DNA from: Paraphysomonas bandaiensis
Lineage: Eukaryota > Protista > Chrysophyceae
Direction: 5' to 3'
Length of the DNA: 64,000 nt
Assembly (NCBI GenBank): GCA_965644295.1
Contig: CBFFRP010000319.1
Coordinates: 1 to 64,000, forward strand
Shown: positions 53,411 through 64,000 of the stretch, in pieces
How positions within the stretch are numbered: the stretch's first letter is position 1
Layout of the letters: every line of letters starts with the position of its first letter
Translations under genes and position numbers: made by a program
The notes under the pieces: generated by a model
The model's input: the letters and a program-made list of their open reading frames with translations, nothing else
What the model was told of the DNA's origin: nothing
Database searches by the model: none

Positions 53411-54024
53411 TATATAGTATAAGGATATAATATTTGAATTAGAAGTTGGAAAAAATTAAGGACATTATTGCCCTGAATGGTCATCACCCTTATGGCTATT
53501 ATGATTGCTATTAAAATGGTGGGAACGTTGGCCTCGCATTGTAAACTTATTTACACATATTTAAATGGTGCTGTTTATGTGTGCGGTCGATTACATTTCT
53601 TTTCTCCTGACCTTGAGCTACAAGAGTAAGTTCAGCGCGATCCAAATATAGTAAATGTAGTAAATAGTTATGTTTATCTGTAAAACTGGTGTCGTGACTA
53701 GAAACAAGTAGCATTTTTTAAATTGGCAAAGATTACACAACAGAACTGAGAGGCGTTCTGTCCGAACTTTTGTAATAAAAATGGTGATAACACCACCGAT
53801 GCAAAGTGAATGCTATGAATGCTGGTAATGTAAAAAGCTTGGTGCTATCTGCCAAACTAATGAAAAAAGGATATCTGCCGAATTCAAAATAATAATCATC
53901 AAGGACAGAAGCCTCCCTAGGGGTTTTTGGATGGTAAAAAAGCTCGCCTTCTCCTCTTGTCGCTTTTAATCTCGAGTTTGCGTCAGAGTGTGCAGCTATA
54001 AACCATCGGTGGGACTCTCGCTGA

Positions 54025-54370
54025 GTACCTATAGGTACGTACCTATAGGTATACCTATAGGTACTTTTATAATTAAAATCGAAGGTACCTATTAGGTACC
54101 TCTGTCTACCTATAGGTACATTTTTGAGCAATAGGTGGTACCTAAAGGTTTTCGAATAGGTACCACCTATAGCTACCCAGTATACCTATAGGTACCCCCT
54201 AATACACGTACCTATTCGTCTCCCTATAGGTGGTACCTATGACCTCTAGATTTCCTACTGATAGGTATCCCTATTTATATTAAAATGTACCTATAGGTAC
54301 TGCCTACATGTATCAATACTACCTATAGGTACTACCTAAAAATATAATACCAATACTACCTATAGGTACT
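54025..54370. repeat. Left subterminal array of the palindrome TACCTATAGGTA and variants
   Basis: About a dozen full or half copies with irregular spacing. Confidence 0.92.
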
Positions 54371-54675
54371 ATAATTAGCAATAATAAACACAGTATAATA
54401 TATATATTGCAAAGTAGAAAAAGCAAGCAATGCAGATCTGTAATCATGAATGAGTAGACAAACTATGTATTCAATTAATATAGACGGCATTAACATAGTT
54501 CGAAGTAAAAATTAACGGCAATTAATTACTACTTAGAACCTACAAAATACATACCACGACAAATTTGAACCACATCGTAAGCTAGCTCCCAATCACCTGC
54601 TAAGAAGTAGAAGCATTGTGCACTTCAGAAGCCTTCACCGCCAATCTGAAGTTAACAGGGAAGTATCGTCATTGT

Positions 54676-56177
54676 TCAGACTGTCGTCGTCCTTCTTTGA
54701 ACCATACCCCAACGTTTGAACCATACTAACCTTTCATTCTTGAAAAAATTCAAATCACTGTCACTTATCACAAGCTCACGCCGGGAATCCCGAATAGGAT
54801 TCATACCGTCGGTCGCTCTGGAGCAAATTTCAGATGTCCATGCTTCTCGTGGAGGACCTAAAAGCATTTGTTGAGCCGTTGACTCAACCATGATGCTAGT
54901 CTGGTCCATATAAAGGCCTCAGGATCTTCATTTTCATCGAAATCGTAGGCTCCAATCATGATGCATACTGCCTCAATGGCAGTCTGCATATATGACCCCT
55001 TGTTGTCCACTTGATACTTTCGTGGACTAATACCTTTTCAACAGAATTACATCAATTGGCACAATATAATAAATACTTACCATTTTCCAATACTTCGGCT
55101 AATTCCCGTCTAAATGATGCAGTCGCCCACAAAGGCTGTGTGGAGAACAGCTTGGCGTGACAACATCTAATCTTGGTCTTCAAATTACACGACAATTTGC
55201 GAATATACTTCTTGACATACCTGCAATGATATTAGAAAAAAGTAAATAATATGAGCAGTATATACTTGCACGCCGAAAATGCAGACACCACCTCACTTGC
55301 TAACAATTTTTCATCAGCTTGCAAAGCACCTTCTTTATAAGCGAGAGATAATGCCTACTAGTGTGTTATTCACAATAATAATATAATAGTAGCAGATGAC
55401 TGGGCACTGTAAAATGCGATGCGGCACGATATATATATTATGCTGTACTGTATGATATGATATATATATAACGTAATGATACAATAATGAATGGTATAAA
55501 ATATATATATGTTATACGATATATATCATACGATATCATAATATTTGATATGGTTGTTCAAAAAACACAAGAGGTATCTAATACAATGATAGATATGAAA
55601 TGTATAATATAACGGTGTACGATATGTTAATACATGATAAAAGGAGGATGGTATTTGATGATGTGAGGGTATACAATATATGATGATATGTGATGCTATA
55701 TGATTCAAGATATGTGGCAGAGAAAACAACATGAATAACCTTGTTATGAGGAGCTTGAGTTGCAACCCCCTCCTTTGAAATCACCACCAAAATCAGCTGA
55801 ATCAGTAGGTCGAAGTGCTCTTCCACTGAAACCACATCTCCTGTGTCCAGTTTAACAAAGAGACGTTCATACATCATCTCTTTGTGATAAGCACGGAATC
55901 CTGGAAGAGTGGAGAGTTTTTCGGCGCTCTGGCGTCCAATGCACAGCTCATTCGTTGTGAGAACCGTCGCCAATATCCTGGACTGGACTTTCTTATGCCT
56001 GAAAGTCGTGTACACTGTCGAGTTGGACGAAGAGTTACATGGAGGCATCCTGGCTTCTCGAGGTGAAGCATCTGACTGTTCGGCGGCGAAGTTGTCGTCC
56101 ACGATGGATTGCTGTTGACAAGGCCTTTTCTGTGCCCTCGCAGACACAGCAGATGCAGTTCGTTTTCGCAGGGGCAT
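54676..56177 (-). CDS. Transposon-encoded orphan protein (4 exons; possible frameshift near 54910)
   Basis: Exon 1 56177-55740 (MPLRKR...HNK) and GT-AG-joined exons ALSLAYKEG..., YVKKYIRK..., GISPRKYQ...; ends at 54858, or at 54676 if frameshifted. Confidence 0.6.
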
Positions 56178-56450
56178 CTCAGAGTAAATTGTGGCATTAA
56201 GTCACCATGAATTCACATGTTTGAAATTCAAATATTCGCATACTCTCTGAATATATTCACATACTCACACTTCGCCTCTTTGCTTCTTTCTTTCATATAT
56301 GTAGTTATGTGATGCACTTCTTCGAAGTCAACTTCGAGAGAAGTCCAGGAAGTGTGTGCTATAATCGTGCACTCGTTTTTATATACAACACTGTAGTATA
56401 CTGCTGTACCGTATAACAGATTGCAGTAGATACGATCGTAGCAGTATATT

Positions 56451-59400
56451 ATGGACAGCTTGTGGAAATGCGCAATATGTCAGGGAATATTCAGTTCAAG
56501 TCAGAGTCTGGGGAACCATGGAAGATACTGCTCGCCACTGTCTTCAGAATCAGAGATTTGTACATCAGAGCAGTATTCTAAGAAACGAAAAGCTGCATAT
56601 GGACCTCAGGCTTACACTATTCATGATGATTACAATCAAGATGACAGTGGAATTGATGAGTACAGTGACTGTGAGGACTCATCAATTCCTATGTACATGT
56701 GGCAACATCAGAGACTGGAGGAAGCAAGCCCAACTGGAAATACAGAGTTTCCAATCTGTCATCCAGATTATGACGCGGAAGACAAACCACTCTCCACGTA
56801 TAAGAAGCTCCAGGAAGTGTTTTACGACAAGTCTTATGGCGTGGATGCATTGGGAGCTATGAATCTTGAAAGCTTTACTGAAGCTGTCAGCACTTCGAGT
56901 AATCATAACATGTCAGATATTTTGCTTCTCAAGTTGTATGCATTTGGAAGAAAGTGCAAGTTAAGCCGATCTACAGGAGATGCACTTCTGGAATTGATTC
57001 GCTTATTCAAACCTTGTGAAGAACTTCCAAAATCATGGAAGACAGTTGTGTCGAATTTCAAAAAGAGAACACAACATTACAGATATGTTGAAAAGTCTAT
57101 AGGTTGGCCATCTTCGTGGGAAATGGAATCTTGGAAAATTTCTGGACAGAAACCTGACGAAATCATTGTTCGAGCACGAGACCCATTGGAAATGCTAAGT
57201 TATCTGGCCGTCGACCCGACAATTCAGTTCTCGTGGAAAGAGCACGTTCATTATGATACATTTTCCATGACAGATATTAATACTGGTGAGAACTATGTTG
57301 GTGATCTCATGTCATCATCCTGGGCGAAGAACACGGAGCGAGTTATACGCCAAGAAAAAAATCGTGAAGGCAAATTAATGCCATGTCTACTGTATCATGA
57401 CGGGGTTGCTATGGGGCATGGTGCCAACATCAAGTCTGTGCCAGTCCTGGGGACATGCGGCAATTTCAGCGATGAGTTAATTCGGAAAAATATTGCAAAG
57501 TTTTGCTTAGGTTTTATTCCTGACATCACAAGCACGATAAGTGTCGAAGCTCTGATTTCTCATTTGATGGAACGTGGAATGAGCCGAACCGCAGCAGGGA
57601 AGGAAGTCAGGTGGTTTAACTTGCACTTGGAAAAAGAATTCTGGAGTATGGTTACGGCTCCTCTCAAAGCTGCTTCTTCTAGAGGTGCAGAGATGTATGT
57701 GTTAGGAAAGGGTTTAATTACCGTTTATACCTTTCATCCTTTTAGCATTGGAGATGACCCGGCCATCCATCGACAGTTTGGCTTATACGAAGGAAATTCC
57801 CGCTTTGCATGTGTTACATGTGAGTATCCTCTGAGGGCCGGTGTTTTTTATAACCCAGACCTTCATCCGAGGAGAGATGGCAATGCCATTGCTGAACAGT
57901 GCCGAAATGTGAATAGTGGTCAGCTATCAGACAAAGAAGAGAAGTATGTTCGTAAGTTACTTGATAATAGATGCATCATGCCGTTTGTAAACGCCTTCCA
58001 TCATGCGTTTATGGGCTACAACAACCATTGCTTCAATAATCCTCAAGACTTATTTCACCTGTTTTGTGCTGGTATTGCAAAAAGTCTTGTTTTATGGATT
58101 CTTAGCGTTGTTGACAGTATTAGCACAACAGTAGACCGAACATTTCGAAATATTAAGGGCGTGTTGGATGCCAGACTTAAGTTGATGCCTCAGGTTCCTG
58201 ATATGCCACACGTGAATTGGACAGTCTTCAAGAAAGGCTTGATGCACATTATGAGCAATAAAAGTAAAAAGGAAAAGGGTCACTCGACTGGTTCCGGAGG
58301 TGGATATAGATCAAGTGAATTCATCACGGCACTATTGCAACTTCTGTTTGCGGTATGTTTTTCTAAATTGTATTCTCTATATTATGTGCTTGACATCACC
58401 TTTTTACATTAGATTGGCACGGATGGTCAAGTGCTACCGACAGATACCAACTACAGTTATTGCAGCAAAAATTCACGGCACCTGCGTTTAGGCAATGTAA
58501 CAAAGAAAGTGTTACAAGCAATTAAAGCCGTGCTGAACGTCTATTTTGAGTGCAAGAAAAGCTGTTTTACTGATGGTGACATCCTGAATGTGGACCGTAT
58601 GTGCCACGATATGGTTGCTAAGGTTTTACTGGTATGGGATTTGAAACAAACACTTCTTGGTAACCAGCCATCAAGTCCATTAATGCGCAAACTCCATTCT
58701 GTAATGCATCTTTCACTTAATATTTCCATGTTTGGGGCATTATCAAAGTCTGATGCGGGTACTTGGGAATCAAGCAATCGCTATTTTACAACCGAAAACT
58801 GGCGACGCACAAGCAGGAGGTATACTTCTTCTAATGTGGAGATGCTAACATTAGCAATATGCCAAGATCATTGTCGAGTACTTGAGTTTATAGCCGCGTG
58901 CCACACACACGACACTGAATACATAAACTCTCTGAAGCCAGAAATTCCACCGGAGGTCGTTCTAGTTTACCCCATGAGAAATGTCAAACATGTGCGGTTA
59001 TGTGTTGATGCTAACCACTCCTTGTTTATTTGTGAAGAAGAAGGAATAGAATTGGAAGAATTTATTGGACACAAGGAATTATCTAGTAACTCCCTTACTG
59101 ATTTTTGTAAACAAGCTCTTGGTGATAAGAACTGGAACTGTTTACAACGTGGTGACATCTCGTTGAAGTTAATACAGGCCCTCACCTACAATGCCAACAA
59201 AGAGAGTGGCATTGGTAAAGGATTTCATCATGCCATGAAAGGGGCAGAGAGTCGAAAACCACGCTTTGATTTCATATGCATCCAAATGGAAAGTGGAGAC
59301 ATACAAGTTGCTCAAATAGTATCGATGCTTCAGTTGTCAGCGGCCAACAACACTAAATATCTCTATATTGTTCAATACATGGAAAAATGTACGACCACTA

Positions 59401-59828
59401 TTCTTGACCCGTTTTCAAAATATAAGTGGGAGGTACTGCGCTACAACAGGCGACGACAACCTCAGTTTTTTCAGGATATTATTAATTTTGAAAGTATTAT
59501 TGACACAGCTTTTATAATACCAGATTCTTCTTGCGATGTCGTCGTGGGTAAGCCTCAAATTTCAGATCGTTTTTGGTTTATTCCGAGGAAGTTTTTTGAT
59601 CGTTGTGGGTGGGATGATTTGGATTTTATTAACTGTCATCATATAGAGGGAATGCAACAATATATCAGACAAAATAGCTCCGGTGCAATTGTTCTTGAAC
59701 GTAATGTGCATGGCCACGACAGTCATAACGCAAACAATGAGAGTGGCAGTAGTGACCACTCATCAGAATGTGATAGCAATCCCAGTACTGTTTACAGCAC
59801 CGGTGACTCTTCTGACAATGACACATAA
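56451..59828 (+). CDS. Plavaka-like transposase, ~1105 aa (intron 58353-58412)
   Basis: N-terminal C2HC finger (CAIC..NHGRYC); LLYHDG..PVLGTCGN..LGFIP; IGDDPA..CVTC; DLFHLF; HSVMH..MFG..GTWES; 60-nt intron joins the two ORFs in frame. Confidence 0.85.
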
Positions 59829-59987
59829 TTAATGTTGCGCGCTTATTATTGATTATGATCATAGAATGCACAGCCATACTTGTTTAGTAATAATAATATA
59901 TAACAAAAAAAGATATATTATACTATTCACCGCTGTGTTGCCTATGTACATTGTGAAACTTAAAAAACATCTGATGGTTCAAAACTC

Positions 59988-60276
59988 AGGTACCTACAGG
60001 TCTTTCGTCTTATACCTATAGGCAACGAGTAGCACTACCTATAGATAGTACCTAATCCTTCGATACCTATAGGTGGGACTTGAGGTACCTATAGGTAGGT
60101 GCCTAACTCTTATCACCTATAGGCAGGGTAGCTAGGTATACCTATAGGTAGTGACAGCTAGGTACCTACCTATAGGTAGGGTCCTTAGGCATGCCTATAG
60201 GTGGGTACCTATTAGGTAGGTACCTATTAGGTACCTGCGATGGACCTATAGGTAGGTCGAGCGACCTATAGGTACT
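59988..60276. repeat. Right subterminal array of TACCTATAGGTA palindromes
   Basis: About a dozen full or half copies before the right TIR. Confidence 0.92.
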
Positions 60277-60807
60277 AAATTCGACCCACCGATGACACTC
60301 AATGTAGCTCCTGATTTAAACAAACTAACATCTTTGGTCGAAAACCAGCGAGCGTGGTTGTGATCTTTAAGACGATAACGATGCTGATGAAGACAATGAC
60401 AATGATTCAGGTGATTGCCTCTAGTTTATTTGTTGTAGAAAAATTTATCAACTATACTTTCTACACTGAATTACTGATGGAGGTTTGGTGCAATTTTTTT
60501 GAATAGTGTTGTTGGTAGGCCGCCCATGACATATCGCATAATTGTTTATAGACAAAAAGTCAAGCAAGTCGGAAACATATTAGTGCTCGATTACTATGTT
60601 GTTAATTAATGGGCTCTACTACGCATGTCGATTACTACAGTAGGATTGAAATAATAAAATCATGAAAACCTATGAATGCACAGCAACCATTCCACAAGTT
60701 ACGGTAATATTAGCCGTGGATCAGATATGGAGAATGAATAGGCGTAGTAACATACACAACAATGCACAATATGGCAGTATCTACATGTCGCTAATTTACG
60801 TCAATCA

Positions 60808-61077
60808 TTACCACTTGGCCCTTCTTTCCTTCATAATTCTCTCCCTTTCCTGTTTCCTACACTCCTTATAATTCTATGATAATAATAATTAATTATAAAT
60901 AATGTTTATATATTCACGTACATCATAATGCTCCTTACATATTTCATCAGCTGTTGCTGGATTCTTCATAGTACAGTTGAATGATATGTTTGATAAATAT
61001 TGACACTCTGTATGATACTGACTGACACTAGTAGATTTGTTATTGGAAGATTTTTCATTGTTTATTCTTTCTTCCAT
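60808..61077 (-). CDS. Twin-CX9C mitochondrial intermembrane-space protein (COX23-like; intron 60874-60921)
   Basis: Spliced product has C-QYLSNISFN-C and C-KEHYDNYKE-C and ends ERRAKW*. Confidence 0.8.
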
Positions 61078-61191
61078 CCTGTAAGAGTCTTATGGTTATA
61101 AACAGAGCAGTGAGCTGTGTTGAGTTGAGAAGAGATATATATACAGTACATGTCAATCTCACTGCATAACAAAGCAAGACCAGGATCCACA

Positions 61192-62007
61192 CATACATAC
61201 ATACATACATACATACATACATACATACATACATACATACATACATACATACATACATACATACATACATACATACATACATACATACATACATACATAC
61301 ATACATACATACATACATACATACATACATACATACATACATACATACATACATACATACATACATACATACATACATACATACATACATACATACATAC
61401 ATACATACATACATACATACATACATACATACATACATACATACATACATACATACATACATACATACATACATACATACATACATACATACATACATAC
61501 ATACATACATACATACATACATACATACATACATACATACATACATACATACATACATACATACATACATACATACATACATACATACATACATACATAC
61601 ATACATACATACATACATACATACATACATACATACATACATACATACATACATACATACATACATACATACATACATACATACATACATACATACATAC
61701 ATACATACATACATACATACATACATACATACATACATACATACATACATACATACATACATACATACATACATACATACATACATACATACATACATAC
61801 ATACATACATACATACATACATACATACATACATACATACATACATACATACATACATACATACATACATACATACATACATACATACATACATACATAC
61901 ATACATACATACATACATACATACATACATACATACATACATACATACATACATACATACATACATACATACATACATACATACATACATACATACATAC
62001 ATACATA
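61192..62007. repeat. Perfect (CATA)n microsatellite, ~204 units
   Basis: Directly visible. Confidence 0.99.
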
Positions 62008-62203
62008 ATTTTTTACATAGGTTTTTCACTATATATCACGGTATTGTGGTGTGGTATCATATGCCGAGAAGTATATATGGGGGATTATATCTATTCCTCA
62101 TTAATCTATCGGGCCTGTGGTATAATGATAGTTATAGTTTAATATTTATCCCTTTCCACTTCCCTCAACTAACTATCTGTCTATACCACCCTCCACATCA
62201 GCG

Positions 62204-64000
62204 ATGGATTTAAATGATCCAGGTATATATACTGAACTTATAGATAGCATCGTCTTACTCTCTTTTATACATCTGTCGCTTAGTAGTCGATGAAAATTTA
62301 TTTGGTCAACAAGCCAAACAGCTGATGAAGCAGCAGTGGGTCCGCAGACAGATGAAAAACTGGTAATCTTCCCTCTGTATCTGTCCTGTATGTTTAACTA
62401 TACACATAGCAAGGACAACTACACGGACCCACAGCAGTATAAAGTGTTTTGTGGCACATGGAATGTCAATGGTCGGGCGCGATTGGATGCAGAAGGGATG
62501 ACTGACTGGCTGATACCGAGTGACGGTATTGAGCATGATATTTATATCATAGGCTTCCAGGAGATTGTTGAGTTGACCCCTGTAAATGTGGCGACTGACA
62601 TGATGGGCCCCCAACGGACCCAATTTTGGTTAGATAATATTGCAGAATGTTTTTCTAAGAATGCCACAGCGCGATATGTTAACATAGGGGTTAAGAATTT
62701 GGTGGGAATATTGCTCTGTGTTTATGTGAAAACCTCTCTTGTCACCGTAGTAAGTGACCTACGGTGGACAACTACATGTGTGGGTGTTATGGGTGTGATG
62801 GGAAACAAGGGTGCAGTGGTGACACGCTTTAATGTTCACAGCACACCAGTGTGTATAGTATGTGCTCACTTGGCCGCCTCGAGAGACAATGTCCAGGGGC
62901 GAAACAGCGACTACAGAAACATAATGGACCGAACTGTACTTGTACCTGAGAAGTATACGATGGAAGCTGCATCCATTGGCAAATCGGTGATGATGCAAAG
63001 CACTTGGGATGGCATTGATGACTCTCTTTTTGGAATATCTGACCACGATATCATATTCTGGATAGGAGATTTCAACTACCGAATCGATGTTTCGTTGTCT
63101 TTGGAAGACATTATGGCACTGCTACAGAAAGAAAACCTCATGGCACTGCGCAAGAAAGATCAACTGAACATGGAGCGAGAGGCCGGAAATGTCTTCCAAG
63201 GGTTTGAAGAGGGTCCACTAACGTTTCAGCCGACATACAAGTTTCAGCCAGGCACGGATGTGTATGAAACTCGACCAGAGAAGAAGTTGCGTCCTCCGGC
63301 ATGGTGCGACAGGATCCTATGGAAGGAGAGAGTCATCCCTGGATCAGAGAGCAAGGGTATTATACGGCTTTTGAATTACCGCATATCTCGCTTGAGACCA
63401 TCGGATCACAAACCGGTCAGTGCATCATTTGAAATAGTGACTCGGGTTGTCGACACCGTCAGAGAGAAAGCAGAGTACATGAAACTCATGCGAAAGCTAG
63501 ACAGAATGGAGAACGCAATACAGCCGAAGGTAGAGGTGGGGCCCCAGTTGGACATCATCATTCCACCTGTTCGATTCCAGGTAAATTGATACTTAAACAC
63601 CAGTGTGATGTATACTGTCTTACCTTTATCATTTATGGGAGTTATTTATGTTTTTTATTGCTCTATGTCATCCATTAATAGGACCGGAGGCAAAGCGAAT
63701 TTTATATTACTAATATCGGGACATCTCTTGCGAATTGGCGATTTGTGCCAAAGAATGAGGATGTACAGCTGAGCGCTCAGTGGTTACACGTGGAGCCGAA
63801 TATGGGAATAATTGCCCCTGGAGAGGTCAGTAACATTTCGTGTGTGTTGGGGTGCCTTACACCTGGTTTATGAAGCAAGCGAAAGTTGTGGTTGAGGTAT
63901 TTGTCGATTACCGGTCTCTAGATCGTGTATCGGCCGCTCTTGGTCCGGACTTTATCGTATCCAAAAAAAAAAGTGGTGACGTAAGTGGTTTTACATGTGT
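62204..64000 (+). CDS. Inositol polyphosphate 5-phosphatase (OCRL/INPP5B-like), runs off the window
   Basis: GTWNVN, IGFQE, MGNKGAV, FWIGDFNYR, PTYKF, PAWCDRILW, SDHKPV; an ASH-like segment follows. Confidence 0.92.

Larger units (their letters stand above)
54004..60294 (+). mobile_element. Complete-looking Plavaka/CACTA(CMC)-like DNA transposon, 6291 bp
   Basis: TIR CATCGGTGGG...CCCACCGATG; AC on both flanks (54002-54003, 60295-60296); palindromic subterminal arrays; transposase plus a divergent gene. Confidence 0.9.

Noticed and set aside
55400-55730. GATAT/ATAT low-complexity tract and its ORFs
   Set aside because: Lies in the first intron of the transposon orphan gene; low complexity only.
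54025-60276. TACCTATAGGTA arrays as CRISPR repeats
   Set aside because: Irregular spacing, 12-bp units, no cas genes, eukaryotic context; they are subterminal to TIRs.
17029-62142. Long MYVC/HTYI-repeat ORFs at 17-17.7, 35.5-36 and 61-62 kb
   Set aside because: Artefacts of (TATG)n, which has no stop codon in any frame.
1-64000. tRNA/rRNA genes or a non-standard genetic code
   Set aside because: No cloverleaf or rRNA-like segment recognised by eye; in-frame stops in host genes are explained by short introns.

Overview
Eukaryotic nuclear DNA, probably from a stramenopile-like protist (inferred from compact genes with mostly 40-65 nt GT-AG introns, and oomycete/diatom-type Crypton and hAT remnants). 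It holds about 16 host genes: LigB/DODA dioxygenase, PIG-F-like, signal-peptide GT41/OGT-like, PhyH dioxygenase, Tctex-1, ELAV-like RRM, tandem two-pore K+ channel, 4CL-like ligase, CLU-domain protein, secretory DnaJ-ShKT, class V PLP enzyme with PTS1, UPF2, PPR-3'-5' exonuclease fusion, a hypothetical protein, a COX23-like twin-CX9C protein and an OCRL-like 5-phosphatase. Mobile DNA is abundant: a Copia element with TA...TA LTR ends; an apparently complete 6.3-kb Plavaka/CACTA-like transposon (2-bp TSD, 10-bp TIRs, arrays of the palindrome TACCTATAGGTA, open transposase frame plus a divergent orphan gene); hAT and Mutator MITEs with TSDs; and decayed Crypton, Harbinger, hAT and LINE pieces. 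Architecturally, genes from 20 kb onward form seven consecutive head-to-head pairs. Their shared upstream regions are either filled by very long perfect (CATA)n arrays ending 85-200 bp from start codons, or carry a recurrent TACTGCTGTA motif. All calls come from reading motifs by eye; no database searches were run.
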